64,000 bases of DNA from a virus. The first letter of the stretch is position 1, and every line of letters begins with the position of its first letter. The stretch is taken from IMG/VR virus record IMGVR_UViG_3300018080_005419. One strand, given 5' to 3'. Below the pieces are notes generated by a model. It did no database searches. It had not been told where the DNA came from and was given only the letters and a program-made list of their open reading frames with translations. This document shows, piece by piece, positions 1-8,565 of this stretch. Position numbers and translations under genes: made by a program.

Positions 1-631
1 AATAATCTTCAAATCGAGTACATACTTTAGTCCCCTTTAAATCAATATGTACAGGTGATGGTTCTTCCGTATCCAAATGCTTTTCAAGAGTTCCATCAGT
101 TTTCCATTCATTTATCTCATACAGCTTATATATACCTTCAGAACCAATTAACTCTTTACTGCTAATTGATTCTGTATGCTTTAACTTTTTTATTTCTTCG
201 TTGACATTCTTGTTGTTTTCTACAATGTCTTTTGCAAGTGCTATTAAATCTTCTTCGTCTTTATCCTTTAACTTTTCTTTGAGCACTTTATATGTATTTT
301 CAAGCTTTCTTTTTTCTCTTTCTTTCGCAGGTAGCCTTTCTAGGAATACATCTTCTAATGCTGCCTTTATTTTTTCAATAGGTCTTTGTGGATCTAACTT
401 ATCTTTAATAAACTTAGAAATAACCCGCATAGCATCTTTAGGGTATTCTTTCTCAAACTCTAAAAACATATCTTTAAGTTTGGCAATAAGACTAGTATCA
501 GTTGTCTTTTTATTGATTTCCTTGAGAAGATACTTATCCCAAGATTCTGCTATCCCTGCAACAAGAATACGCTTACCTGTTAAATTAGATAAGTATTGAA
601 TTGCTTGTGTTGTATGAGAAAATTTAAGCAC
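1..631 (-). CDS. Partial gene (runs off window start): tagged protein of the K(W/V)C-motif paralogue family
   Basis: Not in the ORF track. Hand translation from GTG at 631 is open to position 1: MLKFSHTTQAIQYLSNLTGKRILVA...GSEGIYKLYEINEW...KGTKVCTRFEDY. Has the N-terminal tag and resembles the 38256 and 43642 proteins. Confidence 0.85.
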   Translation of the reverse strand, partial: MLKFSHTTQAIQYLSNLTGKRILVAGIAESWDKYLLKEINKKTTDTSLIAKLKDMFLEFEKEYPKDAMRVISKFIKDKLDPQRPIEKIKAALEDVFLERLPAKEREKRKLENTYKVLKEKLKDKDEEDLIALAKDIVENNKNVNEEIKKLKHTESISSKELIGSEGIYKLYEINEWKTDGTLEKHLDTEEPSPVHIDLKGTKVCTRFEDY

Positions 632-639
632 TTCCTAAA

Positions 640-1125
640 CTATCCTTCTTCAATTCCCGTTACCTTAGCTTTAATAGAAAACTCAACACCAGTAGTTGTT
701 TTAACATGAAAAGATATGTCATCATTCCTTAATTCAACTTCTACATCTTTAATCTCGCCAGGAAGCATATCCATTACTCCTCGGCTTTCTACATATTCCT
801 CAACAAAATCCTTCAAATTATCAGACGCAGCTATCTTTAACCTCTTACCTGTTAAATCTGCAAAAAATTTAAAAGCACTATCCTCAGAAGCAAAAGATAG
901 TTCCTGCTGACCTTTATATCTATTGCTAGTAAAATACTTATCAATTAAATTATGCCGATTCTTTTCTACCCATTCTAATGCTTCTTCTGCTCTAATTCTT
1001 TTCTGATCTGCATAATCCAAAGCAAAAGTCAAAAATGAATCGTCAAATATCTCTTTTGTGTCTAAACCATTTATCTCAGCCACTTTATTAATATAATTCA
1101 AATGTATCGTCGCCATTTTTCTCAA
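640..1125 (-). CDS. Hypothetical protein with internal 25-aa tag (probable start ATG 1116)
   Basis: ORF track; GGAGG RBS; contains GQQELSFASEDSAFKFFADLTGKRLKIA. Confidence 0.8.
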   Translation of the reverse strand: MRKMATIHLNYINKVAEINGLDTKEIFDDSFLTFALDYADQKRIRAEEALEWVEKNRHNLIDKYFTSNRYKGQQELSFASEDSAFKFFADLTGKRLKIAASDNLKDFVEEYVESRGVMDMLPGEIKDVEVELRNDDISFHVKTTTGVEFSIKAKVTGIEEG

Positions 1126-1157
1126 CCTCCAAAAATTCCTCTACATATAATGAGAAC

Positions 1158-1175
1158 AAAATATAAAGAAAATTT
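1158..1175 (-). promoter_or_regulatory. Putative late-promoter motif (ATTTTCTTTATATT on coding strand)
   Basis: About 40-60 nt upstream of the tagged gene; near-identical copies lie upstream of other minus-strand genes. Confidence 0.45.
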
Positions 1176-1369
1176 CACATAAATATATTGTCGAAAATGT
1201 TGTCTTAAAATGACTTATCTCTATGCAAAAACAAACCTGCAGAAAACTTGTAGCAATATCAAAATACATTGTATATAATAAGAAGGTCAAATTGTGTATA
1301 GAGTAGAAGGTTTATGGAGCTTTTGTAAACGTGGGGCAAATTATGGCTTGATATATGTAGGAGAGGAGT

Positions 1370-1561
1370 ATGAAGGCTAAAATATTAATAACAGACTCCA
1401 TTGGCCGATTCAAAGCAGGAGAAATTGGAACCGTGAAAGAAAACGACTTTGACAAATACGATTATTATATTGAGTTAGAAGATGGGATAATGAACGGAGA
1501 AACATTTAAAAGGAATTATTATTTTTATGAGAATGAAGTAGAAATAATAGAAAAGGAATAG
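1370..1561 (+). CDS. Hypothetical protein
   Basis: ORF with AGGAG RBS. Confidence 0.7.
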   Translation: MKAKILITDSIGRFKAGEIGTVKENDFDKYDYYIELEDGIMNGETFKRNYYFYENEVEIIEKE

Positions 1562-1631
1562 ATAGGAATGCAAAGGATTGAAAAGTTAATGTACAGGAGA
1601 GGCAATTTAATCTAACAAGGAGAAATAAGAA

Positions 1632-1955
1632 ATGAATCCAGAGACAACAAAAGAAATTCTAAATCAATTAAATCTAGCAGCAGAAACAGCATTGCCGAAA
1701 ATCTACGAAGCTATATGGTACGACGGAATGCTCAATGTTCTCTCTATCGTATTAGCAATCCTATTAGGCATTGTCGCGTATAAAAAATCCGCCAAAAAGG
1801 TTAAAGATGATGATTATACCGGGGCAATTATAGGATCATGTATGGTGGGGACAATATCCTTTTTTACTTTTTTTATTTTTAGCATGGGAATTGTCAAGTT
1901 GATGTTCCCAGAAGGATACGCCCTTTATAAGCTAATTACTTTTGGATGCGGATAA
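1632..1955 (+). CDS. Two-TM membrane protein, paralogue of 2363..2677
   Basis: AAGGAG RBS; two hydrophobic segments; shares KEILNQLxxAAExAL..EAxWYDG with 2363. Confidence 0.8.
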   Translation: MNPETTKEILNQLNLAAETALPKIYEAIWYDGMLNVLSIVLAILLGIVAYKKSAKKVKDDDYTGAIIGSCMVGTISFFTFFIFSMGIVKLMFPEGYALYKLITFGCG

Positions 1956-1970
1956 CAAGGAGAAAGAAAA

Positions 1971-2357
1971 ATGGCAGAAGAAAAGATTGAACTAACAATA
2001 GTAGCAGATTGGAATGACGCAGATTATGTTAAGTCTGTCTGCAATATAGATGAAGATGAATTAGAAATTATGCGACCCCTCTTTGAAGCAATATCTGAAT
2101 TCAAACCATATACTGTCAAAACAAATTCTGGTTTTGAACTAACATACTCTCACAATTATCCATTCGGCGGATATCATTTAAGAGCGAATATGGGAGAAAA
2201 ATGCCCCGAAGATCTGTATCCTAATGTTTCCAGCGATGCAATTTCTATGTTTAGCGATCTCTTGCCTATGGAAAGTGATGGAGTTCATAGCATCATATCA
2301 ATTAAAATAAGAAGAATCGCGGTATTAACAGAGGAAAAATTTGAATATAGAGGATAA
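1971..2357 (+). CDS. Hypothetical protein
   Basis: ORF with AAGGAG RBS. Confidence 0.75.
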   Translation: MAEEKIELTIVADWNDADYVKSVCNIDEDELEIMRPLFEAISEFKPYTVKTNSGFELTYSHNYPFGGYHLRANMGEKCPEDLYPNVSSDAISMFSDLLPMESDGVHSIISIKIRRIAVLTEEKFEYRG

Positions 2358-2362
2358 ACAAA

Positions 2363-2677
2363 ATGGATACCGAATCAATTAAAGAAATTCTAAATCAATT
2401 AGGTATTGCAGCAGAATCAGCACTTTCAAGTATGTCCGAAGCAATGTGGTATGATGGGCTGTCCAATATTTTTATGGGACTTTTTGTTTTTATTGGAACG
2501 TACATATCATTCAAAATAGCTAAAAAGCATGTTGAAGATGATATAGGAACAGTTGTCATTATATCAATCTTATCTTTTTTTGGTCTAATGTTTATTGCAT
2601 TTTTATTAGGAAATGGCTTTGTGAAATTAATGTGCCCAGAAGGTTATACGCTTTATCAAATACTTAATTCAAAATAA
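2363..2677 (+). CDS. Two-TM membrane protein, paralogue of 1632..1955
   Basis: Sequence similarity visible by eye; hydrophobic segments. Confidence 0.8.
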   Translation: MDTESIKEILNQLGIAAESALSSMSEAMWYDGLSNIFMGLFVFIGTYISFKIAKKHVEDDIGTVVIISILSFFGLMFIAFLLGNGFVKLMCPEGYTLYQILNSK

Positions 2678-2690
2678 AAGAGATATAAAA

Positions 2691-3077
2691 ATGAATTGCA
2701 AACATCCTACCTCATGCCGTATGTATTTCCCTCTTGAATCTAGTTTCTGGTGTTCAAAATGTGGTTCTATTTCTATAATTAATACAAATACAGGCAAAAG
2801 AAAAGAATATAAACCTCAAGATATTATATGCTCTAAATGTTCTCAGTTTTTAGCATACGAAAACAGCGACGAAGAAAGAGAACCTAATAATTGTACAAAA
2901 TGGTTATGTAATGATGGAAAATGCCCACATGAAGACGAATTATATTTTAGGAAAGGAGGAGTAGAAAATCTGGTCCTCGTTAAAGATCCACCATATACAG
3001 GAAAGGCACAAATAGGAGGAGAACCAATAACCCCTCGTCCTCCTCCACCCCAAGATGCTGTTAAGAAAATAAATTGA
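2691..3077 (+). CDS. Cys-rich (putative Zn-binding) hypothetical protein
   Basis: Several CxxC/CxH motifs; Pro-rich C-terminus. Confidence 0.65.
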   Translation: MNCKHPTSCRMYFPLESSFWCSKCGSISIINTNTGKRKEYKPQDIICSKCSQFLAYENSDEEREPNNCTKWLCNDGKCPHEDELYFRKGGVENLVLVKDPPYTGKAQIGGEPITPRPPPPQDAVKKIN

Positions 3078-3102
3078 CATATAAAGATCGAGAAGATATA
3101 AT
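3074..3102 (+). promoter_or_regulatory. Consensus sigma70 promoter of cas12
   Basis: TTGACA (3074-3079), 17-bp spacer, TATAAT (3097-3102); AAGGAG RBS at 3141-3146. Confidence 0.9.
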
Positions 3103-3153
3103 ATAAAATCTACCTATTCTGTGCAATAGGACATTAAAACAAGGAGAAAACAA

Positions 3154-6100
3154 ATGAGTCACGATCTGAAACCGCAAAGATTAATCCGCTCGAACATTAC
3201 CAAAACACATTCCGATCAAAACGCAAAACAAGTAGCAGAAGAAGTCAAGAAAGAACACCTTAACTATCTTCTAATTAAAAATGAAATGCTGATATCAATT
3301 GTCCCTGAAGCAAAAGATGACGATGGAAATGACATTGATTTCAAAAAGCAATTAAAAAGCTTATACAAAGAAACAGATCAATCCGTTTCCTTTTCTGTTT
3401 TTTGCCAGATGATGAAGTTCCGAAATATAGCCCTTCTCTATGCAAAAGGGCAAAGTAGATGGGCTGTCTCTTCGTATTTTACAGGGAATAGAAGAAAAGA
3501 TGATTATGCAAAAGATCTATCTTTATTGGATGAGGCAATCGAACTATTAGAATGTAAAAGACGCAAAAAAGCAGAAGAAGAAAACGAAGAGGAAAATGAA
3601 ACGCCCAAAAAGAAAGAAGATAATCCTTCTAATATCTCAGAAGAACAAATTATGAAGTTGTTCTATGCAGTGAATAAAAAACTAAAAGAAATAGGCTATC
3701 TTGATCGGTATAGTCATATTGAAAAACAAGAGCAATATGCCATTATCGGAGTAACATCAAGAACCGTTAAAGCCTGGGATTATGCTAATTTTGCGACAAG
3801 AAATCACTATCAATCCGTACAAAATGAATACCAAAAGAAATTAAAGGCACTCCCAGGAACCAAGAAGGATAAAGTTTGCCTTGAAAAATTCTTTGATCAT
3901 CTAAATGAAAATAATATTGCAGCAGACTGGGATAAATGGCGTCTTAAAAAGCATATTCTCCAATGTATTATTCCTGCTGCTAAAATAGGCTTAAAAGAAT
4001 TAAAACAATCATTCTATGTAGACAATAAGGGCAATAAACACAATTATTTTGTCAACGGTTTATATGAAGAAATCCTGAAACGACCATTCCTCTATAGTGC
4101 AGAAGATCCAGAAGAATCTATTTTATATCTTGGAGTTGAAGTTGCCTCCTTGCACTCGAAATTGAATCATCTACGCTCAGAAGCTAGATTCTCCTTTGAA
4201 ACTCCCGACGATATATGTAAGTATATGACTATATGCGGAGACAACTATCACAATTTTACCATGTCCGCTATTGGAGAAGATGTTGAAGATATTGAGGTCG
4301 AAGTATATGATTATAACCATTCCAAAAAATATGAAACTATGCGATTCATTAATGGAAAAAGAACTACTGATTTAAGCTTAAACTTTAAAGGCATTCCTGT
4401 GCGTTTATGTCTTGAAGGAAAAAGAAATAATTCCTATTTTGCCGATGCTATAGTATGGGAGCTTGATAATAAGGATAAGACTGGTTATTTAATCGAATAT
4501 GGAAAATCAAACAATAGGCTGTATATGTTAGTTAAAGAACCACTGATAGGCTGCCGTCGCAAATTTGGAAAAGATGTGTTGTTTGTTAGTCTTTCCGGAA
4601 CTCTTGTTAACAAATATATTGAAGATGATATTGTTTCTGCTCGATATTTAATGCAAACGGCGGCTCCTATTTTCAAAACGTCAAGAGCCAAAAAACAAGA
4701 TAAAATAGGAGATAAGTGGTTTGAACATTGCCAAGGATCAACTATTAAAATTGCTGGCATTGATATTGGAATAAACCCTATTGCTGCTATAACTGTTGCC
4801 AATGTTACTTTTGACAGAGCACTAGGGAATAAAATCAAAAACCAAAAACAAATAGTAATCGATTGTTATGCTGAAGATTATAAAATAGATCCAGTTGTCG
4901 TTAAAAGAATGGAAGACATCAGACACATCAAATATACTATCAATTCCTGGTATCATCTTGCGGATTGTTGCCGATTAAAGGCTGCTAATAAAGAATATGT
5001 AGTCAATGAAAGAAAGCAAGGATTCTTCAGAGAAAATATTGAATACCTTAAAGAAGTTGCCAAAAAAGCAATAACAGAATCTGATCAACAAATCAAAGAA
5101 CAAAAAGCTGCCTTAAAAAGATTTGATGGAGAGAAGAAGAAAGAGATACAGGCGACAATTAACGGGTTCAACCTTAAAATCAAAATCTTAAAGAAATTCG
5201 TCAGACAATCCGCTAAAAAGATTTTCGATTCCACATTAGAGACATTGGAAAAGTACGATAATAATATAGAACAGGCAAAAAGAGATAGAGAATTCGGCTT
5301 AAAAATTATTTACGACCTTATCATTAAGTATTATAAAAGATCTAAAAAAGAAAGAGAAATGAATCAGAGAATTTATGTTGACGATTATAACCAGGAAGAA
5401 ATAGACACCGAAAGAACTAAAAAAATTCGCAAAGAGACAATCACATTTTGCGACAACGATTGGAATAGCCTTACTAAACGTATTCATGATCTAGAAAAGA
5501 AGATGAAGAAAATTGGTATTAGCGAACCAGGAAGAGTTGAACAAGAAATTAACGACCGCGACTACTATAATAATATTCAAGATAACACCAAGAAAAGACA
5601 AGCCAAAATTATTGTAGATGCTTTAAAAGAAGAGGGTGTTTCTATTATTGTCGTTGAAGATCTTACAGGTGGCGGTTCTGAAAATACCAAGGAAATCAAT
5701 AAATCTTTTGATGCATTTGCTCCTATTAGATTTCTAAATGCGCTTAAAAATTGTGCCGAGACAAACGGAATACAGGTTACAGAAGTTCTGTCTCCAATGT
5801 CTTCAAAAATGGTTCCAAGTACAGGAGAAATTGGGCACCGTGACAAAAGAGATAAACAGCTATATTATAAAGATGGAGAAGAACTAAAGAGTATAGATGG
5901 AGATATTTCTGCTTCTGAAATTCTATTAAGGAGAGGTGTTTCCCGACATACAGAATTAATTGGGACTATGAATGTTGAAGATGTACTGGATAAAAACAAT
6001 AATAAAAATAAGTGTATAAAGGGATATGTCTGCAATCGATGGGGAAATATACAGAATTTCGAAAAGATCCTTAAAGAAAAAGGAATAGGAGAAAGGGAAA

Positions 6101-6312
6101 TCATCTACTTACATGGCGATAAAATCTTAACCATGGATGAAAAAAGAACATTGCAGGCATCTATCAGAAAAGAACTAAAAGAAATGCGCGAGAGGGAGAG
6201 TGGTGAAGAAAATGCAGGAACCGCTCGCAAAAAATCTAAACCTAAGAAGAAAAAGAAGATAAAAAGAAATAACGATCAAGATTTAAGCAATAATAGACCT
6301 GCAGCAAGTTAA
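3154..6312 (+). CDS. cas12: Type V CRISPR effector (Cas12-family, RuvC), 1052 aa
   Basis: RuvC-I IAGIDIGINP, RuvC-II IIVVEDL, RuvC-III SIDGDISASEILLRRG; SSKMVPSTGEIGHR resembles the post-RuvC-II segment of Cas12b/h/i-type enzymes; directly upstream of a CRISPR array. Confidence 0.92.
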   Translation: MSHDLKPQRLIRSNITKTHSDQNAKQVAEEVKKEHLNYLLIKNEMLISIVPEAKDDDGNDIDFKKQLKSLYKETDQSVSFSVFCQMMKFRNIALLYAKGQSRWAVSSYFTGNRRKDDYAKDLSLLDEAIELLECKRRKKAEEENEEENETPKKKEDNPSNISEEQIMKLFYAVNKKLKEIGYLDRYSHIEKQEQYAIIGVTSRTVKAWDYANFATRNHYQSVQNEYQKKLKALPGTKKDKVCLEKFFDHLNENNIAADWDKWRLKKHILQCIIPAAKIGLKELKQSFYVDNKGNKHNYFVNGLYEEILKRPFLYSAEDPEESILYLGVEVASLHSKLNHLRSEARFSFETPDDICKYMTICGDNYHNFTMSAIGEDVEDIEVEVYDYNHSKKYETMRFINGKRTTDLSLNFKGIPVRLCLEGKRNNSYFADAIVWELDNKDKTGYLIEYGKSNNRLYMLVKEPLIGCRRKFGKDVLFVSLSGTLVNKYIEDDIVSARYLMQTAAPIFKTSRAKKQDKIGDKWFEHCQGSTIKIAGIDIGINPIAAITVANVTFDRALGNKIKNQKQIVIDCYAEDYKIDPVVVKRMEDIRHIKYTINSWYHLADCCRLKAANKEYVVNERKQGFFRENIEYLKEVAKKAITESDQQIKEQKAALKRFDGEKKKEIQATINGFNLKIKILKKFVRQSAKKIFDSTLETLEKYDNNIEQAKRDREFGLKIIYDLIIKYYKRSKKEREMNQRIYVDDYNQEEIDTERTKKIRKETITFCDNDWNSLTKRIHDLEKKMKKIGISEPGRVEQEINDRDYYNNIQDNTKKRQAKIIVDALKEEGVSIIVVEDLTGGGSENTKEINKSFDAFAPIRFLNALKNCAETNGIQVTEVLSPMSSKMVPSTGEIGHRDKRDKQLYYKDGEELKSIDGDISASEILLRRGVSRHTELIGTMNVEDVLDKNNNKNKCIKGYVCNRWGNIQNFEKILKEKGIGEREIIYLHGDKILTMDEKRTLQASIRKELKEMRERESGEENAGTARKKSKPKKKKKIKRNNDQDLSNNRPAAS

Positions 6313-6377
6313 AATAATATAGGCGCTCGAAAAGTACTATATAAGTTGTTCTTTGACAATATGATACAACGAAGACT

Positions 6378-7566
6378 CTATCAGTGTAAAACCCATCGAG
6401 GGTTTATCTACACGGACCGTTGGAAATCCGCCCGTCTTTTTTGAACTCCTATCAGTGTAAAACCCATCGAGGGTTTATCTACACGGATGTTCAGGGACTT
6501 CCTGAATGATATCGCAGCAACTATCAGTGTAAAACCCATCGAGGGTTTATCTACACGGTCAATTCTCGTGCATCCTACGGTGCCCTACGAGCCTATCAGT
6601 GTAAAACCCATCGAGGGTTTATCTACACATGACCTTCGGATATGCGAGGCCGGGCTATGGGAGCTATCAGTGTAAAACCCATCGAGGGTTTATCTACACC
6701 GATGCTTCTCTCTGGCCTTCTCTAAATCGCATCCTTCTATCAGTGTAAAACCCATCGAGGGTTTATCTACACTCGTTGAAGTACTCCAGGTTGCCGCAGT
6801 AGTCAAAGCTATCAGTGTAAAACCCATCGAGGGTTTATCTACACTTGGCCAAACCATGTGCCTCATAGCAGGGCAGGCCGCTATCAGTGTAAAACCCATC
6901 GAGGGTTTATCTACACACGCATTATCCTGACCTCATCAACATGATCATCGAAAACTATCAGTGTAAAACCCATCGAGGGTTTATCTACACACAGGTTGCT
7001 TTTCATTGTTCTTTTCTTTTTCAACTGCTATCAGTGCAAAACCTATTGAGGGTTTATCTACACGGCCACCTCGAAAACTGGCTCCACGATTTCTGCACAT
7101 CCTATCAGTGTAAAACCTATTGAGGGTTTATCTACACGGGATATTGGGGGTCTTCTTGTTGCTGATTTTCAAGCTATCAGTGTAAAACCCATCGAGGGTT
7201 TATCTACACAGCGCTCCTGTTGGATATGGAAAGACACATCTGGCCCTATCAGTGTAAAACCCATCGGGGTTTATCTACACCTCACAACACGAATGGCATC
7301 CAACAGGTCAATCTCCCTCTATCAGTGTAAAACCTATCTAGGGTTTATCTACACACCTGGATGATTGTCGTGATCCAGACACAGGAAACATTCTATCAGT
7401 GTAAAACCTATCGAGGGTTTATCTACACGAGGGCGTTTTTCATGTGTGAATATTTCAGATATCAGTGTAAAACCTATCTAGGGTTTATCTACACAGTAAG
7501 GTCTGAGCCATGGGAAGCTGTAGCCGCGAGCTATCAGTGTAAGGCTCTTAATGGGCCTATCTACAC
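6378..7566 (+). CRISPR. CRISPR array: 17 repeats (36 bp), 16 spacers (35-38 bp, one 30 bp)
   Basis: Consensus CTATCAGTGTAAAACCCATCGAGGGTTTATCTACAC. Repeat starts: 6378, 6449, 6521, 6593, 6664, 6737, 6809, 6881, 6955, 7028, 7102, 7174, 7246, 7319, 7393, 7459, 7531. Variants accumulate rightwards, so the leader is on the cas12 side. Confidence 0.98.
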
Positions 7567-7612
7567 CAAGATCATGCTCCCATTTAAATTAAAAAAGAAA
7601 GGAGAAATAAAA

Positions 7613-8335
7613 ATGCAAGTAGTAGAACAAAGTGCAGAATTATTAGCAATGACGCCAAATCCTCTTTTATTAATTGAGAGGGGTGGTAGAGTTTGCTATA
7701 AAAGTGAAGACAAATTAGAATGTCATAATCTAGGTTGTTGTTCGATTGACAGACAGACAGGAAAAAGATTGCCTCCTTGTGATGACTGTATGCAAAGAGC
7801 GTCTAAATTTGTAAAGGGCATAATTAAGAGAGGTCACGATTCTGTGTTGGAACATGCTAGTGCTACATTTTTATTAATAACAGACAGAGGGATGACACAC
7901 GAACTAGTAAGACATAGAATTTGCTCATTTAGTCAGGAAAGTACGCGATTCTGCAATTATGGTAATAAAGGTGGTGAAATTTCTGTTATTGAGCCTGACC
8001 TATCTGAAGCAAGAGAAAAGTATGGAAAAGCTCAGGATTTATGGCGAGAGACAATGAGAAAGGTTGAAGAAGCTTATTTACAGATGATTGAAATGAAAAT
8101 AGCTCCACAATGGGCCAGATCTGTTCTTCCTACTTGTCTTAAAACAGAAATCGCAACAACAGCCAATTTCAGAGAATGGCGACATATGATTGGTCTGAGA
8201 TTGAACAATAAGGGAGGAAAAGCACATCCACAAATCAGGGCTCTTTTCAGGATGATTTTGGATGAATTGATGCAAACTGAGGCGGCACCAATATTTGAAG
8301 ATATCGCAAAAGAAGCCGAGGAAATGGAAGACTAA
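7613..8335 (+). CDS. thyX: Flavin-dependent thymidylate synthase ThyX
   Basis: GHDSVLEHAS, THELVRHR, FSQESTRFCNY motifs; true start ATG 7613 after AAGGAG (the ORF track extends it into the array). Confidence 0.93.
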   Translation: MQVVEQSAELLAMTPNPLLLIERGGRVCYKSEDKLECHNLGCCSIDRQTGKRLPPCDDCMQRASKFVKGIIKRGHDSVLEHASATFLLITDRGMTHELVRHRICSFSQESTRFCNYGNKGGEISVIEPDLSEAREKYGKAQDLWRETMRKVEEAYLQMIEMKIAPQWARSVLPTCLKTEIATTANFREWRHMIGLRLNNKGGKAHPQIRALFRMILDELMQTEAAPIFEDIAKEAEEMED

Positions 8336-8362
8336 GAGGTATAATATAATGAGGAGAAAATA

Positions 8363-8560
8363 ATGGCAGATAAAAGAGAGAAGAAGGACGAACACACAAT
8401 AGTTGTATCAATTGAGAAGGATCAAATACAGAAAATGAATAGATACGACTTAATTTTTAGGTCGTTAAATTTGGCTTTTAAGGAATTGGGATACAGCAGA
8501 TTAAAATTGCAATATTTAGGCGATGAAAATGATGAGATGAAATTTGAAGTAAAAGGATAA
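8363..8560 (+). CDS. Hypothetical protein
   Basis: ORF with GAGGAG RBS. Confidence 0.7.
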   Translation: MADKREKKDEHTIVVSIEKDQIQKMNRYDLIFRSLNLAFKELGYSRLKLQYLGDENDEMKFEVKG

Positions 8561-8565
8561 GTTAT

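Noticed and set aside
6226-6270. Lys-rich Cas12 tail as a nuclear localisation signal
   Set aside because: Poly-Lys tails are common in this AT-rich genome (e.g. 25294, 42389); no eukaryotic context.
3078-6377. tracrRNA or adaptation genes for the type V system
   Set aside because: The flanking gaps are only 76 and 65 bp with no anti-repeat seen, and there are no Cas1/Cas2/Cas4 motifs in the window; they could lie outside it.
6700-6736. Spacer 5 reverse frame RFREGQREAS as a helicase Q-motif
   Set aside because: Too short, and another frame is equally open.
6414-7530. Self-targeting spacers
   Set aside because: No match to the window noticed by eye; an alignment is needed to exclude it.
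6487-7612. Track ORFs inside the array (6487, 6690, 6941) and the 7361 start for thyX
   Set aside because: They are translations of repeats and spacers; ThyX homology and the RBS start at ATG 7613.
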